From Mytilus californianus (taxonomy: Eukaryota): a stretch of 64,000 nucleotides of DNA. The number at the start of each line of letters is the position of its first letter. Position 1 is the stretch's first letter. Where the stretch lies: contig NW_026262723.1 of the NCBI RefSeq assembly GCF_021869535.1, positions 105,772,001 to 105,836,000 on the forward strand, in the 5' to 3' direction. The notes below the pieces were generated by a model. That model saw only the letters and a list, made by a program, of their open reading frames with translations. It was not told where the DNA came from and ran no database searches. Position numbers and translations under genes: made by a program. This document shows positions 52,102-64,000 of the stretch, in pieces.

Positions 52102-55100
52102 GTATAAAAAATGACAACACAAACAAATATTTATAGCATGTCAAATGTTTATATGTTGTGTTTATTAAAAAAAAAAAACATCAGGTACTTTCAGGTGCCT
52201 AAATTAATAGACCTTAACGCTATTTGGAAATCTGCGCTGCTTGACCCGAGAAATTATCTGCGCCTGTTGAACTATTGAAGTCATACAACAATCCCTTTTC
52301 CATTGTGGCATCAGATAGTTTCTATTATGACGTCAAAATTTTACAGGAACCTTTGTGATGTCCAGTAATGGCGGACAAATAGCGATCTGTATATGCGAGC
52401 CAAAATCGTTCCTGTGAAAAAAGTTCCAGTGGAACAAATATCACAGGAAATATATTCTGGGAAACTTAGATTAAGATTGATCGTAAGTCATTAACAATTC
52501 AGTATACTTCTTACGATTGATCTTAGTCTTAAGTTTTTTTTGTGAAACCGACTCCAGGGTTGTGAAATTTGTTCCTTACCTGGTAAATAAGTTCTGGGTT
52601 TGTCAGATTAGTTCCTTACCTGGTGAAATAAGTTCCTTGTCTGTGAAATATGTTCCACTGGTTATACAAGATATCTTAAATTCTGAGCATTTGTCATCAT
52701 CTATCTAAAAGTATAAAAAGTACTTATATCTCTTTTTTTTTTAAATTTAAGTTTTCCAAATGTTGAATTTACTTTTCAAATTTCCATTATCAAAGAAACT
52801 AATCTTTTGGAACTTTTTATACGACCGCAAAAATTAAAAATGTTTTGGTCGTATATTGGTATGACGTTGGCGTCGTCGTCGTTGTCGTCGTCCGAAGACA
52901 CATTGGTTTTCGCACTCTAACTTTAGTTTAAGTGAATGGATCTCCATGAAATTTTACCATAAGGTTCAATACCACAAAAGGAAGGTTGGGATTGATTTTG
53001 GGGGTTATGGTACCAACAGTTGAGGAATTAGGGGCCAAAAATAAGCATTTTTGTAACTTCCAGACATAACTTGTGTGTTAGTGTATGGATCTCTCTGACA
53101 TACGACCACAAGGTTCCATATCACAAAGGGAATGCTGGGATTGATTTTGGGGGTAATTGCCGCAAAATTTTAGGAATTAGGGGCCAAAAAAGGGTAAAAA
53201 AACAAGCATTTTTCTAGTTTCATGATAATAACTTGTAAGTATATGGATTTTTCTGAAATTAAACTACAAGGTTCCATATCAGAAAGGGAAAGCTGGAATT
53301 GAGTTTGGGGGTAATTTCCTCAAAATTTTAGGAATTAGGGGCCAAAAAGGGGCAAAAAACAAGCATTTTTCTAGTTTCAGGACAATAACTTGTGTGTAAG
53401 TGTATGGATCTTTATGAAATTGTACTACAAGGTTCAATATCACAAAAGGAAAGCTGGGTTTGAGTTTGGGGGTAATTGCCCTAAACATTTAGGAATTTGG
53501 GGCCAAAAAGGGGCCTAAAAACAAGCATTTTTCTAGTTTCCAGACAATAACTTGTGTTCAAGTGTATGGATCTTTATGAAATTGTACTACAAGGTTCCAT
53601 ATCACAAAAGGAAAGCTGGGTTTGAGTTTAGGGGTAATTGCCCTTAACGTTTAGGAATTTGGGGCCAAAAAGGGGCCTAAAAACAAGCATTTTTCTAGTT
53701 TCCAGACAATAACTTGTGTTCAAGTGTATGGATCTCTCTGAAATTGTACTGCAAGGTACCATACCACAAAGGGAAGGCTGGGATTGAGTTTGGGGGTAAT
53801 TGCCTCAAAATTTTAGGAATTAGGGGCAAAAAAGGGGCAAAAAACAAGCATTTTTCTAGTTTCAGGACAATAACTTGTGTGTAAGTGTATGGATCTTTAT
53901 GAAATTGTACTACAAGGTTCCATATCACAAAGGGAAGGCTGGGATTGAGTTTGGGGGTTTAAAAAATTTAGTGGAGGGATTTTTTTTTTCTTTAAAATTT
54001 TCCATTTTAAATTGGTTATTTCTGATTTATATATAAAAGCAAATAATAATGATATGGTTTGAATAGGTAAATTAAAAATTTTTAAGTTCTTAGACCACAT
54101 TCATTCTGTGTCAGAAACCTATGCTGTGTCAAATATTTAATCACAATCCAAATTCAGTGCTGTATCAAGCTTGAATGTTGTGTCCATACTTGCCCCAACT
54201 GTTCAGGGTTCGACCTCTGCGGTCGTATCAAGCTGCGCCCCAGCGGAGCATTTTATTTACTCTTTTATTTATGTAGATACATGTACAGTTATCTACCTTT
54301 TGAATAATTATGTCCGCCATATTGTTATGCAAGGAATTGTATACAAGACACACAAATCAAATTTTTGAAGTGAAATTTTACTTTTTTTGAGTATAAATTA
54401 CTTATATCTCAAAATCATATATTTTAATATCTATAAAAGCAGTATAAAACCCTATAAAATAAAGTTTTCGGTAACATTTATCAGCTCTAGGGTCAATATT
54501 CAGTTCTTGGTAGTTCTCTGAAAATTGTAGTTCCCGAACCAGGGAACCTATTGATATTAATTGAACACTCAATTTGATATCATTTGATATTGCTTTTATT
54601 GTTTATTATTATACTTTACTACAGCAACCACTTATAAAACAATTAAGATATAACTGTATGTTTTTTATTCCTTCAAGGAGAATATCCCCCTTTTCCCGTG
54701 GCAAATATCGCGTTGGCAAAATAACGGTTTGGGAATTTGCGCGTAGGCAAACTAACTGTTTGGGAATATGCGTGTAGACAAAATAACTGTTCAGGGAGTA
54801 ACCGTGTAACAAAAATAACTGTTTTTGGTGCACATTTGCACGTCAAAATAATAGCAAGCTATAGAGACGTCATTGCTTGTTTATCTCTGGAAAATATTGC
54901 GGCCCCTCAACATTTTGCTCATTCTCGGATCTGGACATTGAAAACATTTTGAGACACAAAGACTCAAAAAGCACTATACAAGCTACAAAAAGTGCGTTGA
55001 TATGCTTGAATTTACAGCCAATTGCTCTTGACACAGCAGTTATAACCATGCCGGTTTGGATCATGCCAATCGCACGTTCCCATAATGCAGGCGTAAGACG

Positions 55101-58100
55101 GGGTATTTTGAAATGTTTTCTTGTAACTTTGTGAACTTACGACTGGATACAGTAACAGGTGTCGAACAACATCACATTTAGTCGAATTTTTTAACAGATT
55201 TTTCTGCACGTGCAAATTTTCCAAAATTCGAATTTGATATGTATCAGCCATAGTTTTCCCTAATTAATTTTGCCTGATTAGTGATACAAAATTAATCCCT
55301 TTTGGGATTCTGTGTCTGATGGGATTTTTCTGGTTATTTTAATTATGTCAGATAATCAGAGACTACTACATGTGCATTGGTAGAACTGATCTGATTCCTC
55401 CTGTTCTTAAGCAAGTAGGCTTAGAATCAGTTCAAGTTATGAAAATAACTCACCTTTTATGGTACAAAATTTAGTTTTCTAATTGTAGGTCGTACATATA
55501 TTGGACTGCTGAAATCCTGTCTAGAAATGTATGGACAACAGCAGAGTGAAATGTGTTTTACACCTTCACCTATCCGAGCTGAATGGATACTGACATTTAT
55601 CTGTATAATACTGGGTATAATGTGTGTCACAACAACCATAATACTACTAATAATATCACACTGGAGATATCGAGTGATGAAACATGCAAGATGGCTTGGA
55701 TTTGCTGCCAGTAAGTATTCTAGAAGTGTTTCCTAAGTTTTGGATGTGCCCAGCACAATGGCATTTTTTCTGGAAGACCTGCCCTATAGACTGCAACATG
55801 TTCATGTGCCTCAAGTCAGGAACCTTGCTGGTGGTTTTCTTAAGATTTAATTTGGAAGTTCTTTAAATTGAGGGAATTTTGGGTAGTTTGCAGATTTTTT
55901 TTGTCTCTGTTAAAGGACGCAACCCTCAATCCAAAATGTTCTGCAACCAAAAGGTGACAATGTTTATAATGAATTCCTAGAAACAAACATTTTCTTGATC
56001 TGGGATTGCAGTCAAAGTTGATTATACCAAAGACTGTCACAAATTATGAAAAATTGAACTAAAACTGATGTAGCAACACTAATAATGCATATATTAGGGG
56101 TCATAAATTAGTAATTTATAATGTGAGGTGCCACACAAATTGTATTAATAGTAATATCATAACTTTATCTATTTGAAATTTGTAGCTTTTTGGCCTAATT
56201 AAAAAAAACATAAAAATCTTAGGGCCAATTTTAACCTTTTGTGAACCTACTCCTTTATTTGTATTTTTCTCTTTTATTGAAGATATTGAAATATAAATGT
56301 TTTAATTTAATTGTACTGTGACAGTGTTATTGATTTAAGGGTAAACATGAACATACAGCATGTATAGCAGTTTCTTCTGTCATACTGACAAAATTTTTAT
56401 GCCCTCGCCCTAGCTGAGGGGGCATTAAGTTTTACCCTTGCTGTCTGTACGTATGTCCCAAAATTGGTTTCTGTTCTCTAACTTTAGTTTGCCTCAACTA
56501 AATGTTATGAAACTTATACACAATGCTTATTACCACAAAACACAGATCAAGTTTGAATTTTGGTGGCGTCACTTTTACCGTTCTAGAGTTATGCCCCTTT
56601 ACAAATGGAAAAATTGCTGAATTTTTCGTTTCCATTCTCTCACTTTAGTTTGCCTCAACCAAATGTTATGAAACTTATACGCAATGCTTATTACCACAAA
56701 ACACAGGTCAAGTTTGAATTTTGGTGGCGTCACTTTTACTGTTTTAGAGTTGTGCCCCTTTACAAATGGAAAAATTGCTGAATTTTTCGTTTCTGTTCTC
56801 TAACTTTAGTTTGCCTCAACCAAATGTTATGAAACTTATACACAATGCTAATTACCACAAAACACAGATCAAGTTTGAATTTTGGTGGCATCACTTTTAC
56901 CATTCTAGAGTTGTGCCCCTTTACAAATGGAAAAATTGCTGCATTTTTCGTTTCCGTTCTCTAACTTTAGTTAGCCTCAACCAAATGTAATTAAACTTAT
57001 ACACAATGCTTATTACCACAAAACACAGATCAAGTTTAAATTTTGGTGGTGTCACTTTTACCGTTCTAGAGTTATGCCCCATTACAAATGGAAAAATTCC
57101 TGAAATATTTGTTTCTGTTCTCTAACTTTAGTTTGCCTCAACCAAATGTTATGAAACTTATGCACAATGCTTATTACCACAAAACTCAGATCAAGTACAA
57201 ATTACGGTAGCGTCACTTTTACAGTTCTTGAGTTATATCACTTTATAACGTTATATGCAAGCGGGGGCATCATCTGTGTCCCATGGACACATTCCCCATT
57301 TATTCAGACTTAAATTAACCTTAGCAGGAATGATATTTGAAATGAACTTTGATGCTGATCAAATGAAAAACATGCTGCTAGAGGCAATCTTTTCAAAAAT
57401 CTTCTCCCAACTACATGGTCAAATTTTTTGAAACTTACCATGATTGATACAAAACAAAGCCTGAAGCTAACTTTGTCAAAAGGTTTAATTCTTCTTATTC
57501 TAGTTAAAATTTCTAAAAACTTAAATATAAGTTGATATTACATGTACAAATGTATGCATAGAGACCAGGTGAGTGACTTAGGCCTCTTGTCATTTATACT
57601 TTTTGGTAAAAAAATAACAAAAACGGTACCAATTTTGCTGCACCAGATGCGCATTTCGACAATCAATGTCTCTTGATAAAGCTGCACTATTATTCCTTCC
57701 ATGTGCCTATTATGAATGTATATTTTCAATATAGTAAGACATAAATGTTGTTCCTTACACATGCTTCAAATCTTTTTATTTTCAGTGATTCTATTCTTTA
57801 AAGCTCCACTGGTATTCCTTCCATATATAAAAAAGTAGATGTGGTATGATTGCCAATGAGACAACTCTTCACAAGAGACCAAATGACACAGAAATTAACA
57901 ACTATAGGTCACTGTAAGGCCTTCAACAATGAGCAAAGCCCATTATATATGCTTATTATAAATGTATATTTTCAGTGTAGTAAGGCATTCCTTACATGCT
58001 TATCTTTATATTTTCAGTGATTCTGTTCTGTAAAGCTGCAGTGGTATTTCCTATAGGATTTAATATGGATCAGATTGGCGGAGAGCCATATCAGTTGCCT

Positions 58101-58205
58101 AATAATTACCAAGTTGGAATCTCATATATCTTTTTTGTTCTGGCTTTATGGATAACTGTTGTATCAGAACTTTTTGCCAGTAAAGTCTGCTTACCACATT
58201 TCTAG
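51999..58205 (+). CDS. MOSMO: Modulator of Smoothened (C16orf52/Atthog, tetraspan claudin-like protein), 170 aa; exons 51999-52101, 55489-55710, 58018-58205
   Basis: MDRLSIISGALFFTADVFAVASLAMPRWI...GLLKSC...EWILTFICIILGI...SHWRYRVMKHARWLGFAAMILFCKAAVVFPIGF...GGEPYQLPNNYQVGISYIFFVLALWITVVSELFASKVCLPHF matches human MOSMO (MDKLTIISGCLFLAADIFAIAS...FAGKVCLPG, recalled). Introns are GT-AG, phase 1/1. Confidence 0.93.
52814..54256 (+). mobile_element. Helentron/pearl-like non-autonomous element carrying about 6 tandem units of about 162 bp
   Basis: tttttatacgaccgc...gcggtcgtat subterminal inverted repeat, (gtc)n microsatellite, aacaagcattttt recurring at 53201, 53358, 53520, 53682 and 53843, and a terminal hairpin gctgcgccccagcggagca. 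Confidence 0.75.
54880..55140 (+). mobile_element. Possible Crypton/DUF3504-type relic (N-terminal fragment)
   Basis: FCSFSDLDIENILRHKDSKSTIQATKSAL resembles the RF..LS.EDI..IL..KDSKNT..ATK.A start of ZMYM/KCTD1-like tyrosine-recombinase elements (recalled pattern only). Confidence 0.3.
55489..55710 (+). CDS. MOSMO: MOSMO coding exon 2
   Basis: 222 nt; flanked by ttgtag and gtaagt. Confidence 0.92.
56394..57300 (+). mobile_element. Helentron/pearl-like non-autonomous element carrying 5 tandem units of about 161 bp
   Basis: tttttatgccctcg...gggggcat inverted repeat; ctctaactttagtttgcctcaac recurring near 56477, 56638, 56799, 56959 and 57120; end gggggcatcatctgtgtcccatggacacatt. Confidence 0.8.
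58018..58205 (+). CDS. MOSMO: MOSMO coding exon 3
   Basis: 188 nt; ttttcag acceptor; ends KVCLPHF*. Confidence 0.92.
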
Positions 58206-58959
58206 AACTAATGTTTCCAACATCATTGCATGAAAGAAAGAAAAGCAAGCCTATCCTTACATGGTAGAAAAAAATATTAATTGATAAAATTTTCAAGATC
58301 TCCTCTTTATAGTGTGTCAATCAGCAGGACTGGAGAACACTTGGAAGAACTCTTGAGCAGTTGAAACTTCAGTAGTAAAAGTTTATAGTTTACCTGTTTA
58401 AGAACAGCAATTAATATCAGTACATATTAGCTACATGCTGTTTCCTATATGTGGACAATTCAGATTGTCATGTGTAATACAATGTTTAATTTCTTTGTAT
58501 ATAGATCAAGTAGAATTGTAATATTGGAATGCATTTAATATATGTACATGTATTCACTTGCTATATAGTCAAATTTGCTACTTTAAAAGTTGAAATTTAT
58601 GAGCAAATAGTTTTGACTTGATGGGAGATGTGCAATATACATCATACAATTATATTTGATTTTGTTGTGTACAACTAGCATTGAAGTAATAAAATTATAC
58701 ATAATAAGTTGTAATTTTATCTGTGTTTGCACATCAACTTCTGAAGTCAACATTAAGGAGGGTACCAGTTCAGTTTGGAAATAAGTGGTGACATAAAAGA
58801 TATATGATTGCATTATTTTGTATAAACCTTCTCAAGATAAGCTGGACAATTTAAATCAAATGTATGTGACCTTCTCAAGATAACCTTGACAATTGTAATC
58901 AAGTGTACAAAACCTTTTCAAGATGGTGGACAACTGAGATAAAATTTATAAAAAATCTT

Positions 58960-60530
58960 TGATGTTTATTGATTGTTGTACCTCCCTATTTTAAAGATCA
59001 GTCTGTACCTATCATTTCATATACCTATACCAAACCAATTGGAACTAAAATTTCAATTACATACACATGTTGCAGGATCTCAATACTGACGACTTCAAGT
59101 CTAAACCTCCTGATTGCACCTGTGCTAGTTCCACATTCATATATAAACTGACTGGCCACCTTATTACTTGTGACCTAAACATTGTCAATAACTCTTCTCT
59201 GTGAAATGTGTTATTCAAAGGCCCAAAATATTGTGAGACTAAATTCATCAATTGGAAACAAAACATCAAAATACTGATAGATTCAGTCGAGGATTATGTC
59301 AGGCAATGGGTCAAACTCGAGAAAGAAGACATAGATACTCTTTCCAAAGGATTAAAGCTGTAAGGTCGTTGATATGAATTAGAATTAAAGAAAAACTGAA
59401 TGGGTCTATGAATACACATGCTTCATCGATCTTTAAAGACCCAAATGTTGAAAATCACCTATCCTACCTCCATGACAAATATGTTATTGTCCCCGCAGAT
59501 AAAGCCACTAATAACTTTGTTTTTGTGTGTAAATCACATTACATGAACTGCTTGATAAATGAAGTACGTATTGACAATTTACTTAGAAATTCAACATATA
59601 CCCACACGAGACTTAACAAGGAGGAAATCCTGAATAATCAGGTCTGTTCTATGTTCCTTTGTAATTTCAACCAAAGATGAAGAACTGAATATTCCTTTAC
59701 TGTATTGGATACCTAAATTATACAAATCTCCTACAAACAAAGTTATATTGCTGGGTCTTCCTAGTGCTCAACAAACCTCTTTCTAAACTATTAACATCAA
59801 TTTTATTATCAATGTTATTGTGAAACTACCTATTCTAAAGGCTACGTGAATCAGATGTGGATACTTATAAAATCCAAAGATCTCTTAGAGTACATGCAAT
59901 CTAAGACTCTTTCATCTTGCAATAGTATTAAAACATTTGACTTTTCTAATTTTTACACAGTTGTTCCCCATTCCAAACTAAAAGACAAATTGAAAGAGTT
60001 GGTCCTGCTTTGTTTCATAAAAAGAATGGCCAACGCAGATACAAGAATCATACAAGTATCTTGTCTTAGGGAGAGATAAATCGTACTTTGTAAAAATCAC
60101 TCTGATTTTAAAAAAAATTTCTCTTAAGCTGACATTATCAAGATGATATCTTGATTGACAACATATTTGTAACGTTTTGGGATTTTGTTTTCAACAAACA
60201 ATTGGTATTCCCATTGGAGCCAAATGTACTCCGCTTCTTGCATACTTGTACCTTTATTTATATGAGGTTGATTTCCTATAGGAGCTTCTTAGCAACAACG
60301 GAAGAAGCAACCATCATCTTTTAACTTCACTTTCCGCTATATAGATGATGTCCTATCACTAAAGAATTCAACGTTTGGTGACTATGTTGAACGCATCTAT
60401 CCCATCGAGCTTAAAATAAAAAATACAACAGACACGGTTAAGTCTGCCTCATATCTTGACTTGCATCTAGAAATCTAGAAAAGAGATGATTTCGGCTTCC
60501 CAATTGTGAACATTCCGGAATACCTGAGAT
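58960..60530 (+). mobile_element. Penelope-like retroelement RT, decayed
   Basis: KGPKY, HDKYVIVPADKA, QMWILIKSKDL, IKTFDFSNFYT.VPH, QQTIGIPIGAKCTPLLA, FRYIDDVLSL; many stops and frameshifts. Confidence 0.85.
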
Positions 60531-61354
60531 AACCCTGCGGTTTTGGGTTGGGTTTGTATTGCCCAGTCTTGAGTTTACAATGTTGTGTTCTGTATACTGT
60601 TATTTGTCTTTTGATTTTTTCCCCATGGAGTTGTCAGTTTATTTTCGACTTATGCGTTTGAATGTATCTTTGGTATCTTTCGCCTCTCTTTTTATATTTT
60701 GTTGTTGTCGAAAAAGTGCATTTTCAATGCTCCTTTCTGTAAATCAGTAGGTCTAACTCCAATAAAATATAATATAAACTACACCTTCCATTTGAAGATT
60801 CTAATTTCCAATCATATCAAAATCATTATATTGGAAAATGTCTATAAAATAAAGAATTTAAATCTTTTCACTTTCTAAAAATGAATCAAAAATAAATAAA
60901 GGATCCTAAGATGAGTTAGAAGGATAGTATAACTATGTTTGAACATAGAAATACTCAAAAGAAGCAACCATTTACTAGTACATTTATAGAGACATCCTTG
61001 TTTTATCAACAACAAAATGGTTATCCTTCTAAATTTAATACAGTAGTGATAACATATGACTCATTCTACGTTTCCATTCTCAATTTTATGTATCAAGTAT
61101 GATTTTATTACCACCAAATCTGAAAATAAGATATTAAATTAAGCACACAAGTCTTCCAAACTTTCAATCAGGGATTGTGATCATTTTCAGAAGAAGTTCA
61201 CTTATTTATCAGAATTTCGTGAGCTGAAAGGGGTGATATTAAAAAGAAAAAATACTTGCTGAATGTTTTAGTGATATAATAATGAAAACCCTGATCAACG
61301 TTCCAATCCTTGTGTTATCAAAATCAAAAGTCGAAACTTTTTATTCGAATTTTG

Positions 61355-61355
61355 G

Positions 61356-61396
<41 letters not shown>
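61355..61396. repeat. (CT)n microsatellite
   Basis: About 20 CT units, read directly. Confidence 0.9.
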
Positions 61397-61479
61397 GTTT
61401 TAATAGAAGAGAAGCGAACGATACCAAAGGGACATTCAAATTCATAAGTAGAAAAGAAACTGTTACGGTATAAGGAACA

Positions 61480-62380
61480 TATCCGCTATCATCTGTGAAA
61501 CGGATATTCCATAACGGTCAACCAACTTATGATGGCGTCCGTAAAATTTACGAAAGGGATGATTTCAACTTCACCACTTGGAACTCTTGGTTTAGTAGCT
61601 GCCTTGTGAGCAGAAACAGTCTATCAAGGAAATCATGATAGGAAATACAAGCCCTGGAATACCGTATCAACTGGGAGATATATACTTCGTATGCAGGCGC
61701 TGTTTCAAAGTTGCTTCATAGAAATGAAAAGTCACAATTGGGAAGCTGAAATCATCTCTTTTGTCGTAAAACTTTGTTTTCAACCGACCTTCATTGTCAA
61801 TTTCTAGATGTAAGTCAAGATATGAGGCAACTTAACTGTATCTGTTGTATTCATCTCAAGTTCGATGGGATGGATGCGTTCAACATGACCACCTAAAGCG
61901 GAAAGTAAAGTTAAAGGATACTGCTTACTTCATTTCTTTCTTCCTAAGAAGTTCCTGGATGAAATTATTCTCACATAAATAAAGGAATGCCGATTGTTTG
62001 TTGAAAAACACATCCTCCAAACGTAACAAATATGTTGTCAATCAAGAAATCAAGCATCTTGAAAATGTCAGTTTTAGAGAATTTTGTTTTGAATCAGAGA
62101 GATTGTTTTACAAAGTAGTATTTATCCCTCCCCAAGAAGAAATTATTGTAACTACGTTGGCCATTTGTTTTTATGAAACAAAGCAGGAGCAACTCATTCA
62201 ATTTTTCTTTAAGTTTGGAATGGGGAATACTTGTGTAAAGTGTAGAAAAGTCAAATATTTTAATACTATTGTACGATGAAAGAGTCTTAGATTGAATGTA
62301 CAATAAAAGATCTTTGAAATTTTTTCATTATCCACATCTGATTCTGTGTCAGCACACAAAGTTGCATTTCGACCAAAATC
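61480..62380 (-). mobile_element. Second Penelope-like RT copy, inverted and internally deleted
   Basis: YIQSKTLSSYNSIKIFDFSTLYTSIPHSKLKEKL, followed by DKRDDFSFPIVTF...AYEVYISQLIR...KFYGRHHKLVDRYGISVSQMI. Confidence 0.8.
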
Positions 62381-63444
62381 ACCTATCCCAAGTTTAAAGG
62401 ACTCTCTTGAATGTCTTACAGGAGTTGTTATAAAGATAAAATGAAATATAAAAATGAGATCATAAAAATGTCAGAATAACTTAAAATTTGGCTGGATCAC
62501 AGCACCGAGGATGATTTGATTTGCATTTGTGACCAAAGCTATAGTAGTAAAAGTGATGAACAAGACAAGATCTACCAATAATTAAGTCACCATTTCCATA
62601 TAATCATTTGATTTCTTATAGGAGCAATGATGAGTTATTGGCATTGAATAATTATGTATACCCTTTTTACGTGTTGGGCAAAACACAATCTATAGAAGAT
62701 GAAGAGAAATAGTAATCCGCAAAACATATCAGCAATAAAAGATGATTATACTTTATAGAAGTTATTGCCCTTAAATGATAATTTTTTACCCCATTTTGTG
62801 TTCTGGACAAAAAGTTAAGTAGAGAGAACTTAAAAACCGTTGAAAATGCAAAAAGATTCAGATAACCTACATAATACTCTTTAGAGCCTCTTGTTTAAAT
62901 AAGTGGAATTATGAAAGAGTGATCAATGAAAAGAAAGACTATTTGACTTCAATTCTACAAAAAGTAACTAATACCAATCTCCAATTTAATGTAACACATG
63001 TAAATCAAGAATCCATTTCAAAGAACTTGCTAGTATAGATTTGAATAAAAGTACATGAAACCAGATTCATCAGAGATGGCGCAAAACGCTGGCTTAACCG
63101 ATAACTCATTTGATGAACCAATCTATTGCAACTATAAAAATGCCCATTGAATTAAAGCTAGCTAAAGTGAAACATCGATTAAAAAAGAATAGTTAAAAGG
63201 AAATGGGAAACTTTAGACTAGTAAGTATTCTATTTTATAATAAAAAGTTATTAAAAAAAAATTTTGAAACCCACTTGCTTGAACATGAGTTGATATATCG
63301 AGTTTAGCTCGGTTTCAGGAGCTCGTACTCTACTGATTCTTGTTTTATCATTCTGTTTGATCACATTTTAAAGACTGTTATTGTAAATTCGTATGGATAG
63401 GAGCGTTAAATAAGTGAAAATAAGTTTTTGTTACTAGTATGAAA

Positions 63445-64000
63445 AAAGTAAATCACAAAGATACTAAACTCCGAGGAAAATTCAAAACGGAAAGTCCCTA
63501 ATCAAACGGCAAAATCAAAAGCTCATACACATCAAACGAATGGACAACAACTGTCATATTCCTGACTTGGTACAGGCATTTTCTTATGTAGAAAATGATG
63601 GATTAAACCTGGTTTTATAGCTAGCTAAACCTCTCACTTGTATGGCAGTCGCATAAAATTCCATTATATTGACAACGATGTGTGAACAAAACAAACAGAC
63701 ATAATAGGTAAAAATGTCAAAAATAGGGGTACAGCAGTCAACATTGTGTTATTATCTTAATCACTATAAAAACAAACAAATATGTAAACAAACATTTACC
63801 ATGGCACAATAACACAATGACGGGGTGTATAAGTACAGAGCCACGTCATATGTAACAAAGAAACACAAAAAGGCATATAGACAAAGCATATTAGCAAAAA
63901 TGAAAGACAAGAATACAAAAATTATCAAAGAACAATAACACAATGACTGGATGTATAAGTACAGAGCCACGTCATATGATATATGTAACAAAGAAACACA
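63445..64000 (+). repeat. High-copy interspersed repeat family B (ccgaggaaaattcaaaacggaaagtccc...)
   Basis: Related copies lie at 10255-10470, 33945-34130 (inverted) and 42355-42485. Confidence 0.75.

Noticed and set aside
56438-56990. Repeated ORFs FSNFSLPQ.NVMKLIHNA...
   Set aside because: These are translations of the 161-bp satellite units inside a Helentron-like element.
63040-63100. Minus-strand CTGATGA as a second hammerhead
   Set aside because: There is no correctly placed stem II plus GAAA, so the topology cannot be built.

Overview
Strongly AT-rich, intron-containing animal DNA. The repeat families look like those of a mytilid bivalve such as Mytilus (inferred, not verified). I reconstructed four spliced genes by hand. 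(1) A VDAC/porin on the minus strand, with five coding exons in the window and the rest running off the left edge. (2) A canonical SAM-domain sphingomyelin-synthase-related gene (SAMD8/SMSr), head-to-head with VDAC; it carries an apparent 1-nt frameshift in a T-run of exon 2. (3) A divergent tandem SAMD8/SMSr paralogue about 16 kb downstream, with identical intron phases but Gly at the head-group-selectivity position (HGHY instead of HEHY). (4) MOSMO (C16orf52/Atthog). The rest is a dense mosaic of decayed Penelope-like elements, CR1/L2 LINE relics, a tRNA-SINE, MITEs, long palindromes and Helentron-like satellite carriers. The best lead is the paralogue as a candidate new-specificity ceramide head-group transferase. 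Next come the VDAC-SMSr linkage, a 35-nt patch identical between the paralogues, and tandem repeats that copy splice sites.
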